Part shown: positions 10,786-22,192 of the stretch, piece after piece | Layout: each line of letters opens with the position of its first letter | Numbering within the stretch: the first letter of the stretch is position 1 | Source of the DNA: Mobula hypostoma | Lineage: Eukaryota | DNA: 64,000 bases | Assembly: GCF_963921235.1 (NCBI RefSeq) | Contig: NC_086097.1 | Span: 64,172,001 to 64,236,000, forward strand | Reading direction: 5' to 3' | The notes under the pieces: model-generated | What the model was told of the DNA's origin: nothing | The model's input: the letters and a program-made list of their open reading frames with translations, nothing else | Database searches by the model: none | Made by a program: the position numbers and the translations under genes

Positions 10786-13379
10786 AGTTACTCCGGTGGA
10801 TCAGAATCTGACTCTCACACAAAAACCTGAAGAAAAACGAATAAAAGACAATTACAATTCATCTAGAATGTTCAAGGCAGAATACTCTGCACCTTCCAGC
10901 CGCATAATGCTGGTTTTTGTCTGTTTAGAAGCAATATCGATTAACAGAATCTTCCGAACTAACACCTGGCGACCTGTATTATGCTAATCCTCTCTAAATG
11001 AAATCTTGGAAAAGGTTTTATTCTTTCATCCAGTTGAATTCATTTGCTCTGAACAATCCGCTGCACGCGGTGAAAAATGAATCCTGGAAACAATAATGAG
11101 AATAACAAACCAATCCATCTGTCCAGTTCTCCATCATCATTTGCCAAGAAGCTGCATGCAAAGTAAAATAGTTTTTTCGGCGAGGCGCTGATTTTTTATT
11201 ACATTGTAACAATATCAATGTTTGTCGGCTATTGTATTTTTGAGGTTTACGGTGTGGTGATTCCGCAGCGGTTCCTACAAACAAAGCGTCGCATGTATCT
11301 CGCTTCACAGCGTCATTAGATGACATCCCGGTGCTGAGAGGAGGGCGACGCCACAAAGGCTGAGTAATATCATTACAGACAAACCCCTCCACTGATGATA
11401 ACAGCATTATCGACCGTTATTTACCTGATTGTTATTTTGTATTGATTTATTAATTCTCACATTTTGTTTGTTTACTTCCTGGTTTCCAGGGCAACAGTAT
11501 TTTTTCATCAATTACGCGCTGTTATTGTTTGTAGGTATCTGCAGGTAGTTCGTATATCCCAACTTTGCCTTGATAGCAAGAACACAGCAGATGTATACGC
11601 ATCTTTTTTTTATAAAAATAAAGAAAATGTATTTTCTTCCCTTTAATCAGGAAAGATCACGCCCCTGAGATATTGGTGTGTTTTCAAAACATCTGTCAGC
11701 GTTGCTGATAGTAGATGAGTAGGATGATCCCCACATGAATGAGACACAGAAGTTAGACGTGGTTATAAAATCTTCTGCTGTAATATTTTAGTTTGCGAAA
11801 ACCAAATTGTGACGAGCGTGGAATTATTTGGGTCAATTGAACATTGGGTTTCTGATGGATTTCATGTGGGGTTTAAAGATCCAATTGAGCAAAATAAAAA
11901 CACCCCTCCTAGAAAAGTAAATTTCTAGGATCAGCAAAACCATAATCCAGCCATATCGCTTTATCCTTGTTTCACCTAAATAACAGTTAAGGCCATAATC
12001 TGTTTTCAAATGAATGGAGTGTTATGAAGATTTTTTACTCGTGTAAATAGAGGAGTGATCAGACAGTTAATCCCGCTGTGTCGGGAGCTCGCCAAAGGCG
12101 AGAAAGAGAGCAGCTGTATGGAAATAAGCGCCGGTGATTAGGCGGAGACAACAGCACAAACTGGCCATTTCCCCGAGCAAACTCTCCCGTTTACCAGCAC
12201 AAATATTGATTTAAGTACGGCGATCCACTCAGTCCTCAAGAACCAACGCTTAGGATATCAAAGTAGGCAAACTCACCATCTCTACAACCCTGTTGACTAA
12301 AGAATGATTGAGAAATCTTCCTTTCGGAAACGATAATATCAAGAAGGGGATAATGTCAGAATGAATCAAAAGCGGCGGCACGCGTCATAATGTTTGCGGC
12401 TACACATTTTGAACAATAGCAGGCAGGCTGCCCACAACACGACGTTTGATGACTAATGTAAGATTTACGTTATAACACACCGCCCCCCCGCCCGGAAAAC
12501 GAGATGTGAGCGTGGCAGCAGCAAGATAATGCGCTCGATTGAATGGGTCAGTCCGACTGATATAATTCAGATATTTCACAGTCCTCGCAGTATAATTACA
12601 AATCGGAAAGCGTGTTCCTTTCTATGCATTGAACCTGAAACTAACTGATCGCCAAAAATAAATACAAACATCTTTATGTTTTCTTTTGAGTTTCCATCCA
12701 AGCACTTGATTTTATCTGTGGAAAATTGGCTATAAAACATATAGCTCAACAATGTTGTCTTCTCCAGGTTATTTCAGTGGATAGAATTCCGAGTGTAAAA
12801 TACTCATATCGCCGCACATTGCGCAACTATCATCCCATTTCTTACTGCAGGTACCTGTTGTGTTCGTTTTTTTTTAAATTAGGCAGATTAAAAATTAGAT
12901 ATGCTGCCACACCAAGGCATTTTTTAAAAGTACTGTTTACCAGAACAGAGCAAGGTGAACCGATTATTCCAGATGTAGTGATTAATTTCTAGTTCATCAT
13001 TGATCTGCTGTTAGGAAACGTCTCAAAATACTGGTTCTATTTAAATATAGGATGATCCACACAGATGTAATCATACATGGTCACTGTATGTATACACTGG
13101 ATAGTTTACACCACCATATTTTAATGCAATTATATCAAGCATTAAAGCGAATTTAAGATCAAATTTTTGTTTCCCAGAGTGATTCAACAGATTGCCATCT
13201 TTTAGTAATTGAAATAACAATTCATCAATTTCAAAACTATCGGACCGCTAAGTCATATTAATCAAAAATTACAACTGGCCACTGCACTGAAAGATGGCTT
13301 CGGCAGTGAAATACGTTTAGTCACTGCTGCAAGAGCGACAATATTTACAAAGAAGGAAACGTGCTGGTTACGGATTCTG

Positions 13380-13830
13380 AAATGCGACCAATCAACAACG
13401 TCACGGCAACACGTCCTATTTTAGGCTTAGTGAAGAAAGTCAGGAAAAAGTTTACATCAGATAAACTGCTGGTGAAGAACTATAGTAGGGAATGGATGTT
13501 TGCTGGCCTGGCTGCTACAGTTTTATGCATTTATAATCATTAGGGAGGTGGACAATAAATGGAGTCATCAACAAGTTACACGTGTGAAAAACAAGTATGC
13601 GTATCTTCGTCTGGAGAAGAAAGATGTTCCTTTTCGCTGCTCTTTTCCCACCATGTGATCTTTTTGATGACAGGCCGGTTATCTTACTATCACAATACAC
13701 AAACCACGGTCATCCTATTGTCCCTTCTCTCCTCCTCCTTTATCACTCACGCCTTCTGATTGGACCACCACGATTCTAAACAAAAGGCTTCTCCATCATA
13801 AAAGCAAGGCAGTCATGTCGAGAATCAGCG
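13380..13830 (+). promoter_or_regulatory. Probable INSM2 proximal promoter
   Basis: TATA-like CATAAAAG 13797-13804, reverse CCAAT (ATTGG) 13759-13763, CCAAT 13388-13392 and E-box CACGTG 13579-13584. There is no ATG between ~13830 and the start codon. Confidence 0.55.
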
Positions 13831-13980
13831 CTACAATTCCCCGACTCATTTGAGCGGACTTTCAGTCCAGATATCCGGCAAAATACCTGAGTCATCGAGT
13901 AAAATCCGTGTACTCCCTTCCTTACCCTCGTAAAATACGGATTGATTCGCCTTTGCAAAAGTATTCCCGCGAGTTTAAAG

Positions 13981-15414
13981 ATGCCAAGAGGATTTCTAGT
14001 GAAGAGGAACATTAAATCGTCTCCGGTATCATATAGGATTCGGAGTGAGGAAAGACAGCCAGTGCAAATTCCTCTTTTGAGCGGGAATGCGCGAGCAGCC
14101 GTATGCCCACGGAGCATTTCACAGCTATGTCCTCAGAAAAATAGTCCAGCACAGCTGAAGGATGGATTTACACAAGATGAAATGCTGGACACGACCCATA
14201 GAAAGAACGAACGAGAGGAGGACGGTGTTTCAGGTACATCCTACACTAAAGACACTTTCTCAGAGTATAGTATCTCTGGTTGGGCTAATGTCTCTTACAC
14301 ACCCATCAAACCTATTGACAAGGAGCTCGAGAACGACTTCTTTGACACTTGTCTAAGGCAGTCTACTTCAGATGAGCATTTCGTTGCTGCAGCCTCGATA
14401 AACCCAATAGAGAGGCTCTTGGTTCAACCCTCTTTCTCCCCGATGACTGCGAAGTGTGGAGGCGTTACTCGCCTGTACTCACCTTTCCACGGGAGTAAGA
14501 GATGCGTGCCTGATCCTGGCCACCGCAAGCAGAAGAGCGCCCCGAAGAAGTCAAAAGTAATCAGGAAACTGAACTTCGAGGATGAGGTGAGCACTTCCCC
14601 CGTCTTGGGTCTACGAATTAAGGTTGATCCCACGGAGTGCAAGCCGTCATCGGCACTGATGAATAAACCCCTTGGAGAATTCATCTGTCAGTTGTGCAAA
14701 GAACAATATTCGGACCCGTTCGCTCTTGCTCAGCACAAGTGCTCTAGGATCGTTCGCGTGGAGTACCGCTGCCACGAGTGTGATAAAGTCTTCAGCTGCC
14801 CAGCTAACCTGGCCTCTCACCGGCGCTGGCACAAACCTCGAACTGATCCAAATCCCCAGAGGGACAACCAGAATTGCTTGGTGCCAGGCAGCAAGGAGAA
14901 CTCGGGGGAGGACGGCAACAGCTCCGGCACCATGGACAGCGCCAAGGAGCCAGGCTGTTCGCGAGCTGGTGCAGCCCAGCGGCTGGACGGCCGCTTCCAA
15001 TGTCGCTACTGCGGCAAGAGATTCCGTCGACAGGCTTACCTGAGAAAGCACCTAAGCGCCCACGAGGCGGCTGGGTCGAGCGTCCACAGCCACCTTCGGG
15101 CGGCCCGGATGTCTTTCCCTTGTCAGCTGTGCGGGTCGGACGTGCAGACGGCCGAGAGCCGTGACAAGCACCTGCTCTGGCATGCAGTCAGCGGCGCAGG
15201 ACCGGCGCTTTTCGGGCCGGACTGTGGTGAGAAATGCGCCGCTCCCGACGAGCACCCTAACAAGAGCGACCTGGGAGCCCTGCCCTTCTGTTGCAAACTC
15301 TGCTCATCGACTTTCTTCAGCTCGCCCGGACTCACTAGGCACATCAACAAGTGCCACCCGTCAGAGAATAGACAGGTGCTGCTCCTGCCTCTGCCGGCTT
15401 CGGTGGGCTGTTAG
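13981..15414 (+). CDS. INSM2: Insulinoma-associated protein 2, SNAG/zinc-finger transcriptional repressor, single coding exon, 477 aa
   Basis: ATG at 13981 (aagATGc) gives the SNAG start MPRGFLVKR. The INSM motif RKLNFEDEVSTSPVLGLRIK is followed by five fingers: CQLC..HKC, CHEC..HRRWH, CRYC..HLSAH, CQLC..HLLWH and CKLC..HINKCH. KEQY in finger 1, KHLLWH in finger 4 and the neighbouring RALGAPA1 favour INSM2 over INSM1. Confidence 0.93.
   Translation: MPRGFLVKRNIKSSPVSYRIRSEERQPVQIPLLSGNARAAVCPRSISQLCPQKNSPAQLKDGFTQDEMLDTTHRKNEREEDGVSGTSYTKDTFSEYSISGWANVSYTPIKPIDKELENDFFDTCLRQSTSDEHFVAAASINPIERLLVQPSFSPMTAKCGGVTRLYSPFHGSKRCVPDPGHRKQKSAPKKSKVIRKLNFEDEVSTSPVLGLRIKVDPTECKPSSALMNKPLGEFICQLCKEQYSDPFALAQHKCSRIVRVEYRCHECDKVFSCPANLASHRRWHKPRTDPNPQRDNQNCLVPGSKENSGEDGNSSGTMDSAKEPGCSRAGAAQRLDGRFQCRYCGKRFRRQAYLRKHLSAHEAAGSSVHSHLRAARMSFPCQLCGSDVQTAESRDKHLLWHAVSGAGPALFGPDCGEKCAAPDEHPNKSDLGALPFCCKLCSSTFFSSPGLTRHINKCHPSENRQVLLLPLPASVGC
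14923..14943 (+). promoter_or_regulatory. RE1/NRSE (REST-binding) motif inside the INSM2 CDS
   Basis: TCCGGCACCATGGACAGCGCC versus consensus TTCAGCACCAYGGACAGCGCC: 19/21, with canonical half-site spacing. Confidence 0.7.
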
Positions 15415-18400
15415 TGTTAGCGTAGCTGGGCTCTCCTATGGCTTGTAAAGGAATCTGTGGTGAAAAGTTCTCTTCAGAACGATTCATACTCATTGAGAAA
15501 ATACAGTCTAAAGCAGCGATTTGCTATTATAGCAGAAGACTGTTTAACTTAATACGTCTCAGACAGTTCGCTGCACGTCAATGGACAATGCATTAGTACT
15601 GTTTAAGTAACATTTTCAATTTTCTGAATACGTACTGTAACTATTAGGACTGAACATCAAAAATCAAAATTGACAAACTTTGTTGCTTTTACGTTAGGGT
15701 TGACTGGAAGAATGTACCAATTACACAACTAATATCAATGGGTGATGAGGGCCAGAGATAAACATATATTTCAGATAACTATATTGTAAAAGAATGGTCT
15801 AGTCTTAATTAGAATTTGGATTCAACATAATCGATTATGTTGTTCCATTTTATGAGAAATATTTTATATCATGATATTTGTTTAGATTCTAGCCCATTTC
15901 GGAGCGTTGCGATGACATACAACTAAAGAGTTGCGTTACGATTTTAAAGAACAAATTAGGCCTTGTAATCCCAACTGTTATTTGCGATTTGCTTTTAATT
16001 GGTTGTAGACTCTTTGTAATATTCACTGACGTCAGAGAAAGAACAGATTTTGTACTCTTCTACAATTCTTGGGGGAATGTTACCTGAGTTTTAATAACTG
16101 CAAAATTCTTGACCTATTGTTAGATACCAAAGGAGTCCACTTCATATCGCCTTTATTCAGTCTTTTTTTCGTTCATCCACAGGCCCGCCCTCATTGCCCA
16201 TCTCGGACTGGGCGAGCAACCTTCCTAAACGCTTACGTCCTTGTGGTAAAATCACCTTTAATATTTTTATTAGGCTGTTCGAGGATTTCAATCTAGAAAT
16301 GACGTAGAATAGCCATATAGGTCCAAGTCAGGATAGTCTGTGCCTTTTGAAGGAAATTTGGTCTGCCTCCAGGTTTCTACTGAACTTCTTTGGTCTCAAC
16401 GGTAGACATTTTTTTCCGTAATGGAAAGTGCTGTCAAATAGGCGTTAAGCTGCCGCAGGGTACCTTCTTAATGACATATAACATAGCCACGGTGCACCGA
16501 TCCTGTGAAACGCCTCACATTGTATTCAAGATCCAACCTGATCATACAGTCACAATACTTAATACTGATTCAGTTAAAAGATTCATCATTACAACCCGCA
16601 GGATGTTAATGGTGGTGCAATTCATAATAACAATGTAGGTGATAGTTAAGTGGAATTGGTTGAATTCTATCTTTGTGATCATCTTTGTCGTTGAGTTGTG
16701 TACCACCAACCCAAGTATGAACATGTTCAGGTCCTGCTACATGGTGGCATCAACTGTTTCACTGTCTGAAAAATCAAAATTAGAATTGATAGTTATTCAG
16801 TTAATCTGTGAATATCACCACACATTACCTTTTGATGCTAGAATGATCAATGATGAGGTGACTGAAGATGGACCAGGTTTCTGCCCTAAGGAATTCCTGC
16901 AGCAATGTTCTGCATTGAAGTGATTGGCCTTCTGCAATTTTAGCCACTGTATCAGTCTTGATTCTGGGCAATGGAGAGTTTCTTATTAACTTCCATTGGT
17001 TGCAATCTTCGTAGGGATCTTTGACGTTTCACTTGTCCAGATGTTGCCTTGATGTCCCACTCATCTCATTTATTTTCTCCATGCATGGCCCAATGATGCT
17101 GAGTAGTCTTTGCAGAGTCCAAACTGAATAACAGAAAGTATACTATTGGCAAAGAAAAGCCAACCAACAGCAGAGTTAATAATCTCTTGCACATCTTTGC
17201 TGATTAATGAGAGTAAGACACAACAATTAACCAGATTGCATTTATCATTGCCTTTTGAACGCTGGGTTATTTTCTACCTTTATTGCATAGCCAATTGTAT
17301 TATAGCTAACTTGGTAAATATCGTTTGCAAATAGAAGTTCTAGACACACCTTCAAATTGCAGACATATAGTGTTTACTGTAGTGCATTAAGCTGTATCTT
17401 GATATCATTAGAGAGAGAATAAAGTTAGCTTAAGACTGGTTTATGTGATAGTGAGGACTCTGATAATCATCCATTTGGCACTTTTGGTTCAAGATGGTCC
17501 TTTCATCTTTTGATGCTGTCTTCAGTTGAATTCTGTTCCATTCAGCACTGAACCAGGAAGGGTCCCCTGACTTGATGATACTGGTGCAGTTAAGTTATTA
17601 GGTATATGTTGAACCATGACTTTACAGAGATTCTTAGTTTCAAACTGTTGGTTTAGAAAGTGCTAGTACACTAGAGTAGACAGAAACATGATTTTAGTGT
17701 GAAATTATCAGCTCATCTCCACAACTATTGCACAAGTGTGTTCCATATTTACTTAATGAACCAAATTTACTATTTCTTGCTGCTTTGGGATATTCAAACT
17801 TGGTTCCAGATATTACTTCCCCAGGAGTCCCATTTATTATTCAATTTTCCATTCCATTTGGTCTGTACTCTATATAGCTTGTCAGTGCAGTACTTCACTG
17901 TTTTCCCTGAATTACCCAGTTAACTTTGGCGTCACAATTGATTTTTATAGTTTACCCTCACTCTTAATAAATAATACAATTTAAATCTTAAGCACCCAAT
18001 CCTAATATAGACTCTGAACCTCTAATCAGATATGTACACGTCACATAATGCTAATACCTTCTTCAGGTTAAGAGTATTATGCTAATTAACTGAAATATTG
18101 CATTATTTAACATTTACAGATTTGAGATGTATAAATCAGTTTTATATTATTTGTACTTTATTTCTATTTATATTAATGACTTTTCATTGATTGGATAAAC
18201 AGTTTCTTCTTCCAAATGATTTGCTTTAGTCTGTAGTATGAGAAAATATTACACCTAAGTTAATATATTTTGCTATTGAAATAAAAATTAGGAATCAAAT
18301 ACATACTTTTAATTTAGCTGTACATTTTCACATTCTTGTTTGGTAAATTATTTTGAATACTTACATCAACTTAGAAAATAATTTCATTTAGATTTACTAG

Positions 18401-18914
18401 TAAATTAATGATTTACTATTACCACATTATTAATAATGAAATTTAAACTTTGCATTTTTCCAGCAATGAAGTAGGAGTCATTTGCATGTGAAAGATGACA
18501 AATATTTGTTCACCTAAAATTTAGTATTAATTTTGCACATTGTGGGTAAAGCAACTACAAATTACTATTTTGTAATTTGACCAAACCAATTTTTATAAAT
18601 TCCAGTTATGCAGATCCCTGATTTCAGCTAGAGGGAAAGAGGAATCAACCACTGTTGTTCCAGGAACTGCTATTGATTTAGAACCTTAAGACCAAGATTA
18701 AATTATCTTCCAAAATAGATCACATAAAACAAAAATCTTGGGATGTTATTATTAAACAAGATATCCCTCTATCTTACAAGAAATACAAAAGTGTGGTGGT
18801 TAGTCATTGACTAACAACCCAAGCTCTGTGCTATTATTTCAGAGAAGTAGCTGGAGAATATAAGTTAAAACAATTAAATAAATCTACGATTTATATTTTA
18901 AAAGTCTGTCTCAA

Positions 18915-19137
18915 TAATGGAAACTGTGGAACCATCACTAGAAGATAAAAATCTCCCTAGTTCAACTAATATCCTTCAGGGAAAAAATCTGACATCTTTC
19001 CTCACTTTGTCTATATGTGACTCCAAACTTTCCAATATGGTTGACTCTTGAATGCCTCCTCAATTCAAAGGCAATTTGGAGATGGGCATTTAAAACTGAC
19101 ACTTTTAGCCAATTCCACATCCCATGAACAAACAAAA
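18915..19137 (+). mobile_element. Decayed SINE, 3' portion
   Basis: Resembles a common chondrichthyan SINE body as recalled (GGTTGACTCTT...CCACATCCCATGAA) with an A-rich end. Confidence 0.5.
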
Positions 19138-19199
19138 TATTACTCTCCTGTGGAATGTATATAAATATTTTATTTTACTTACTGCTTTCATTGATGAGA

Positions 19200-19330
19200 T
19201 TTTTGTAAACATCCACACTGATGAAGATGGCAGAGCTTGTTACTGAAACATCAGCTAAAATCAATCTGAACCCAGCCCGAAGCCTGAGAAGAGTTTATTC
19301 GTCATGTAAGCCAGGAAAGCACTAGATCCT
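19200..19330 (+). mobile_element. Penelope-like terminal repeat remnant of a second family with a degenerate hammerhead core
   Basis: CTGATGA-AGATGGCAGAGCTTGTTACT-GAAA-CATC at ~19218-19252. Confidence 0.4.
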
Positions 19331-20789
19331 CTTTCAACATCCATACTGTACTTAAAATTCAAAACATGGTGTTATGTCATTAAGTATAATTATGAACTGC
19401 AAATTTTAAAAACCATTAAAAATACCTGTACTTAAATCATTTTCATATTTATGTTGATGTACATTTATAAAGCATTTGTCCCTTACAGTACTATTATATA
19501 AATGATTGCCTATTTGTTTTGTGCTGAACAGTGAAGTAGCAGTTGTTTCAAATGTAATATACAGTATTTCTGTACCTGTAGACTGTGTGCTTAGTCAATG
19601 ATTTACACACAAATAGTTTTTACTCTACGTATTTTCTTAAAACACTTCACGTCATTTTAAAGCTATTTTAATAAACAATTGCTTAAAAAATCTATGCTGG
19701 TAGTACCAAAAACTGAAAAATGGAATCAATCTTAATGACTTGCAATTGAAGATGAGGTTAATTTATCATAATCACATTTAGATTTATTACTACACATTAA
19801 GACAGGACAGTGTAATTTTGAGGAAGAAAAAGTTAGCTAATTTCTAAAGGTAACAAATCAATGAAAATAATTGCAAATTTTATAGTTTTTTCAAGGCTTC
19901 TAAGATTTCCAGCTGTAAAGGTTATTTTTAAAAGGAAATGCTTTAAGGTTATGCCTTCTAGTCCGATCACAGATTTATAAATCACTTAATTTTTGTCTGG
20001 GAAATAGATAAAGGCAGTTTTTACAGAATGGTTTCTGTATAATAAAATGAAAAACTCCAATGACAGCAGTCACAAATTTGACATGGATCATTATTCAGTT
20101 ACTATATTTCATGCAGGAGAGCTCTACTGATTTAAGTTTTTATAATTTCAATGGCTTGGAATAAATGTATTAATATAATCATAAAGATCTAGTTGGACAG
20201 CAATGTTATTTTATTTAGCAAGTTAATTTTAATATTCATAAAATATTATGTTGGCTTTTTTAAAAATGAAAAGCATCAGGATGGATTAACTGCAGAAAGA
20301 AATGCTCGTATAAAAAAAAGTTAAAGTTACTATTGTAGATTGTGCTAAGAATTTCTAAATATTGACAGCTGCTGAAGTTTTTGAAACATGCCCCATGAAA
20401 TTATGAAAGATAATTATAAAAGTGTTGAATAGTAGATTATCTGACCCATGATCTTTTACATCAGCAATTAATAGAAAGCAATTAAGGGGACAGCATTACA
20501 CTGGGCACTCAAGCTGGTCACTTAGATGCTGAAACACACATTGGCTACATTTTCAAAAGTACTAAACCTCTGTATTAAAGGCTGGAGCATCAATTCAATA
20601 TTTTTGAATAGCACTGATATTTCAATAATTTTGAAATAAGATGTATGGAACAAATGTGGCAAAATAGTGAGTTACAATACTTCAGATATTTTTAAAAATG
20701 GATTTCGTTTTTAAAATATCAGAGAACATTTATAATGTATTCCAAATTAAATATACTTCTAAAATTTTGGTAACAAGATTTCTTCAAAA

Positions 20790-22043
20790 GGCATGGTAAG
20801 AATATTTTTTATTGCAATATTCAACAGCACATCTTTCTTCAGCCATTACAAATCTTATAGACAACTACATGATTGACATTACATAATATATCTTTTACCT
20901 TATGACTTATTTACACATGCAGTTAGTACTGACATCATGCTACATACTGTTAGTAGTAACATTCCAATTTACTTACAAAATATGAATAATGGTTCCTTAT
21001 AGGAAAATACATCAAAACAGCTGGAATGTGCATTAAGGTGCACCTCAGCAATTTAAAGTCAACTCAATTCAAGTTCAATTGATTATACAGACTCTCTCAA
21101 TGATCCCTTTTCCCCTTAGTGCACAGATCACAGAAAATTGAAAATAGAGTGCAAACCCATAACAGCACGTCTAAATACTTTCAGAATTTTCAATGTTTGA
21201 ATAATAACTTTCACCTTGGCTCTAATCTGGTATCACTTTCTATAGTTTCTTGGAGGAAGCCATGCACAAGGTAAATAGTGTAATTCAGCTGCATTCTCAG
21301 TGTTTTAGCTCTGTTTATATATATTATATGTCAGTGCTTCAAATAAAAGCAAGTCTATACATTTCAGCATAAGAGATTAATTTTCCTCATAAGGTAATTT
21401 TTATAGTTGAAATGCTGAGAGACCATTTACATTCCTTGGGAAGTTCATATCTTATAATTTAAAATGAAAATATTCTGTACATGTTCTGTGCCATAAGATT
21501 GATTTGGTGAATATATTCTTAAACATAACTTTACATTTACGTACAAACTGAAAACTTACTTTACATTCCTGAATTGTGCACAAGAAATCTAAAACGTTTC
21601 TACTGAAAAATCAAAACTATTTACAAAGTAGATAATGTACATAAAAGTTTATCATAATTTCAAAAAGACAATCCCAAATAACTAATGGGGCATTCAGTTT
21701 AACTAGCCAAATACAATAGGACAAGAAAATGCTTTCCATTGAAAGTGCAGTAAATATACAGGTAAGTAATCAAGTGGACGTAGGGCAGCTGCACTGTACA
21801 ACAAAGCATAGATTGCTAAAATATATATTTTGTAAGCTAAAAATAGAACTCCAGTGTTCTTAATAAAAAAATAGTTTACAAGGAACAGGTTTCAAATGAA
21901 TATGGAGTGGCAAATAGATATCTAATAATTAGCAAGAGAGCAAAACATTTGGTTTAAGCAGCAACATAATAGAAAAAGAACACACACATTTGCAAGGCTA
22001 GTTCTCAGGAATTAGAGTGTAATTATTTGTTATAATGTGGTCA
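20790..22043 (-). other. RALGAPA1: Probable RALGAPA1 3' UTR, candidate polyA signal AATAAA at 20813-20808
   Basis: AT-rich sequence after the stop with no recognisable TE; TTTATT on + at 20808-20813. The true end is not established. Confidence 0.5.
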
Positions 22044-22192
22044 TTAGGATTTATTAGCTGAACCAGAAGAACGCCGCAATTTCATAGACATACGACTCTT
22101 GCTAGCACGAGGTGACATTGGAGAGGCTAAGTCGATCCCGTCCACCCCCTGTGCTGCAGGACTTTCGGCCTGTTGATTCTCTGGGCATGAGC
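22044..22192 (-). CDS. RALGAPA1: RALGAPA1 terminal exon, coding part of the long C-terminal isoform
   Basis: TTTTGCAG|GC TCA ... TCC TAA TGA, phase-compatible with the 46401 donor. It encodes GSCPENQQAESPAAQGVDGIDLASPMSPRASKSRMSMKLRRSSGSANKS*, matching the recalled long RALGAPA1 tail. Confidence 0.9.

Noticed and set aside
9965..10822. Long Gly/Val-rich and Pro/Thr-rich ORFs (also 3982-4326)
   Set aside because: They are translations of a stop-poor minisatellite that is open in several frames at once.
13942..13980. N-terminal extension of INSM2 from the TTG in the ORF track (490 aa)
   Set aside because: SNAG domains must be at the extreme N-terminus, and the ATG at 13981 has A at -3 and gives the canonical MPRGFLVKR.
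13981..15414. Assignment as INSM1
   Set aside because: Finger 1 KEQY, the finger 4 sequence and the RALGAPA1-type neighbour fit INSM2. A phylogeny would settle it.
14424..15448. Overlapping antisense and alternate-frame ORFs in INSM2
   Set aside because: These are expected shadows of a GC-rich CDS with no recognisable domains.
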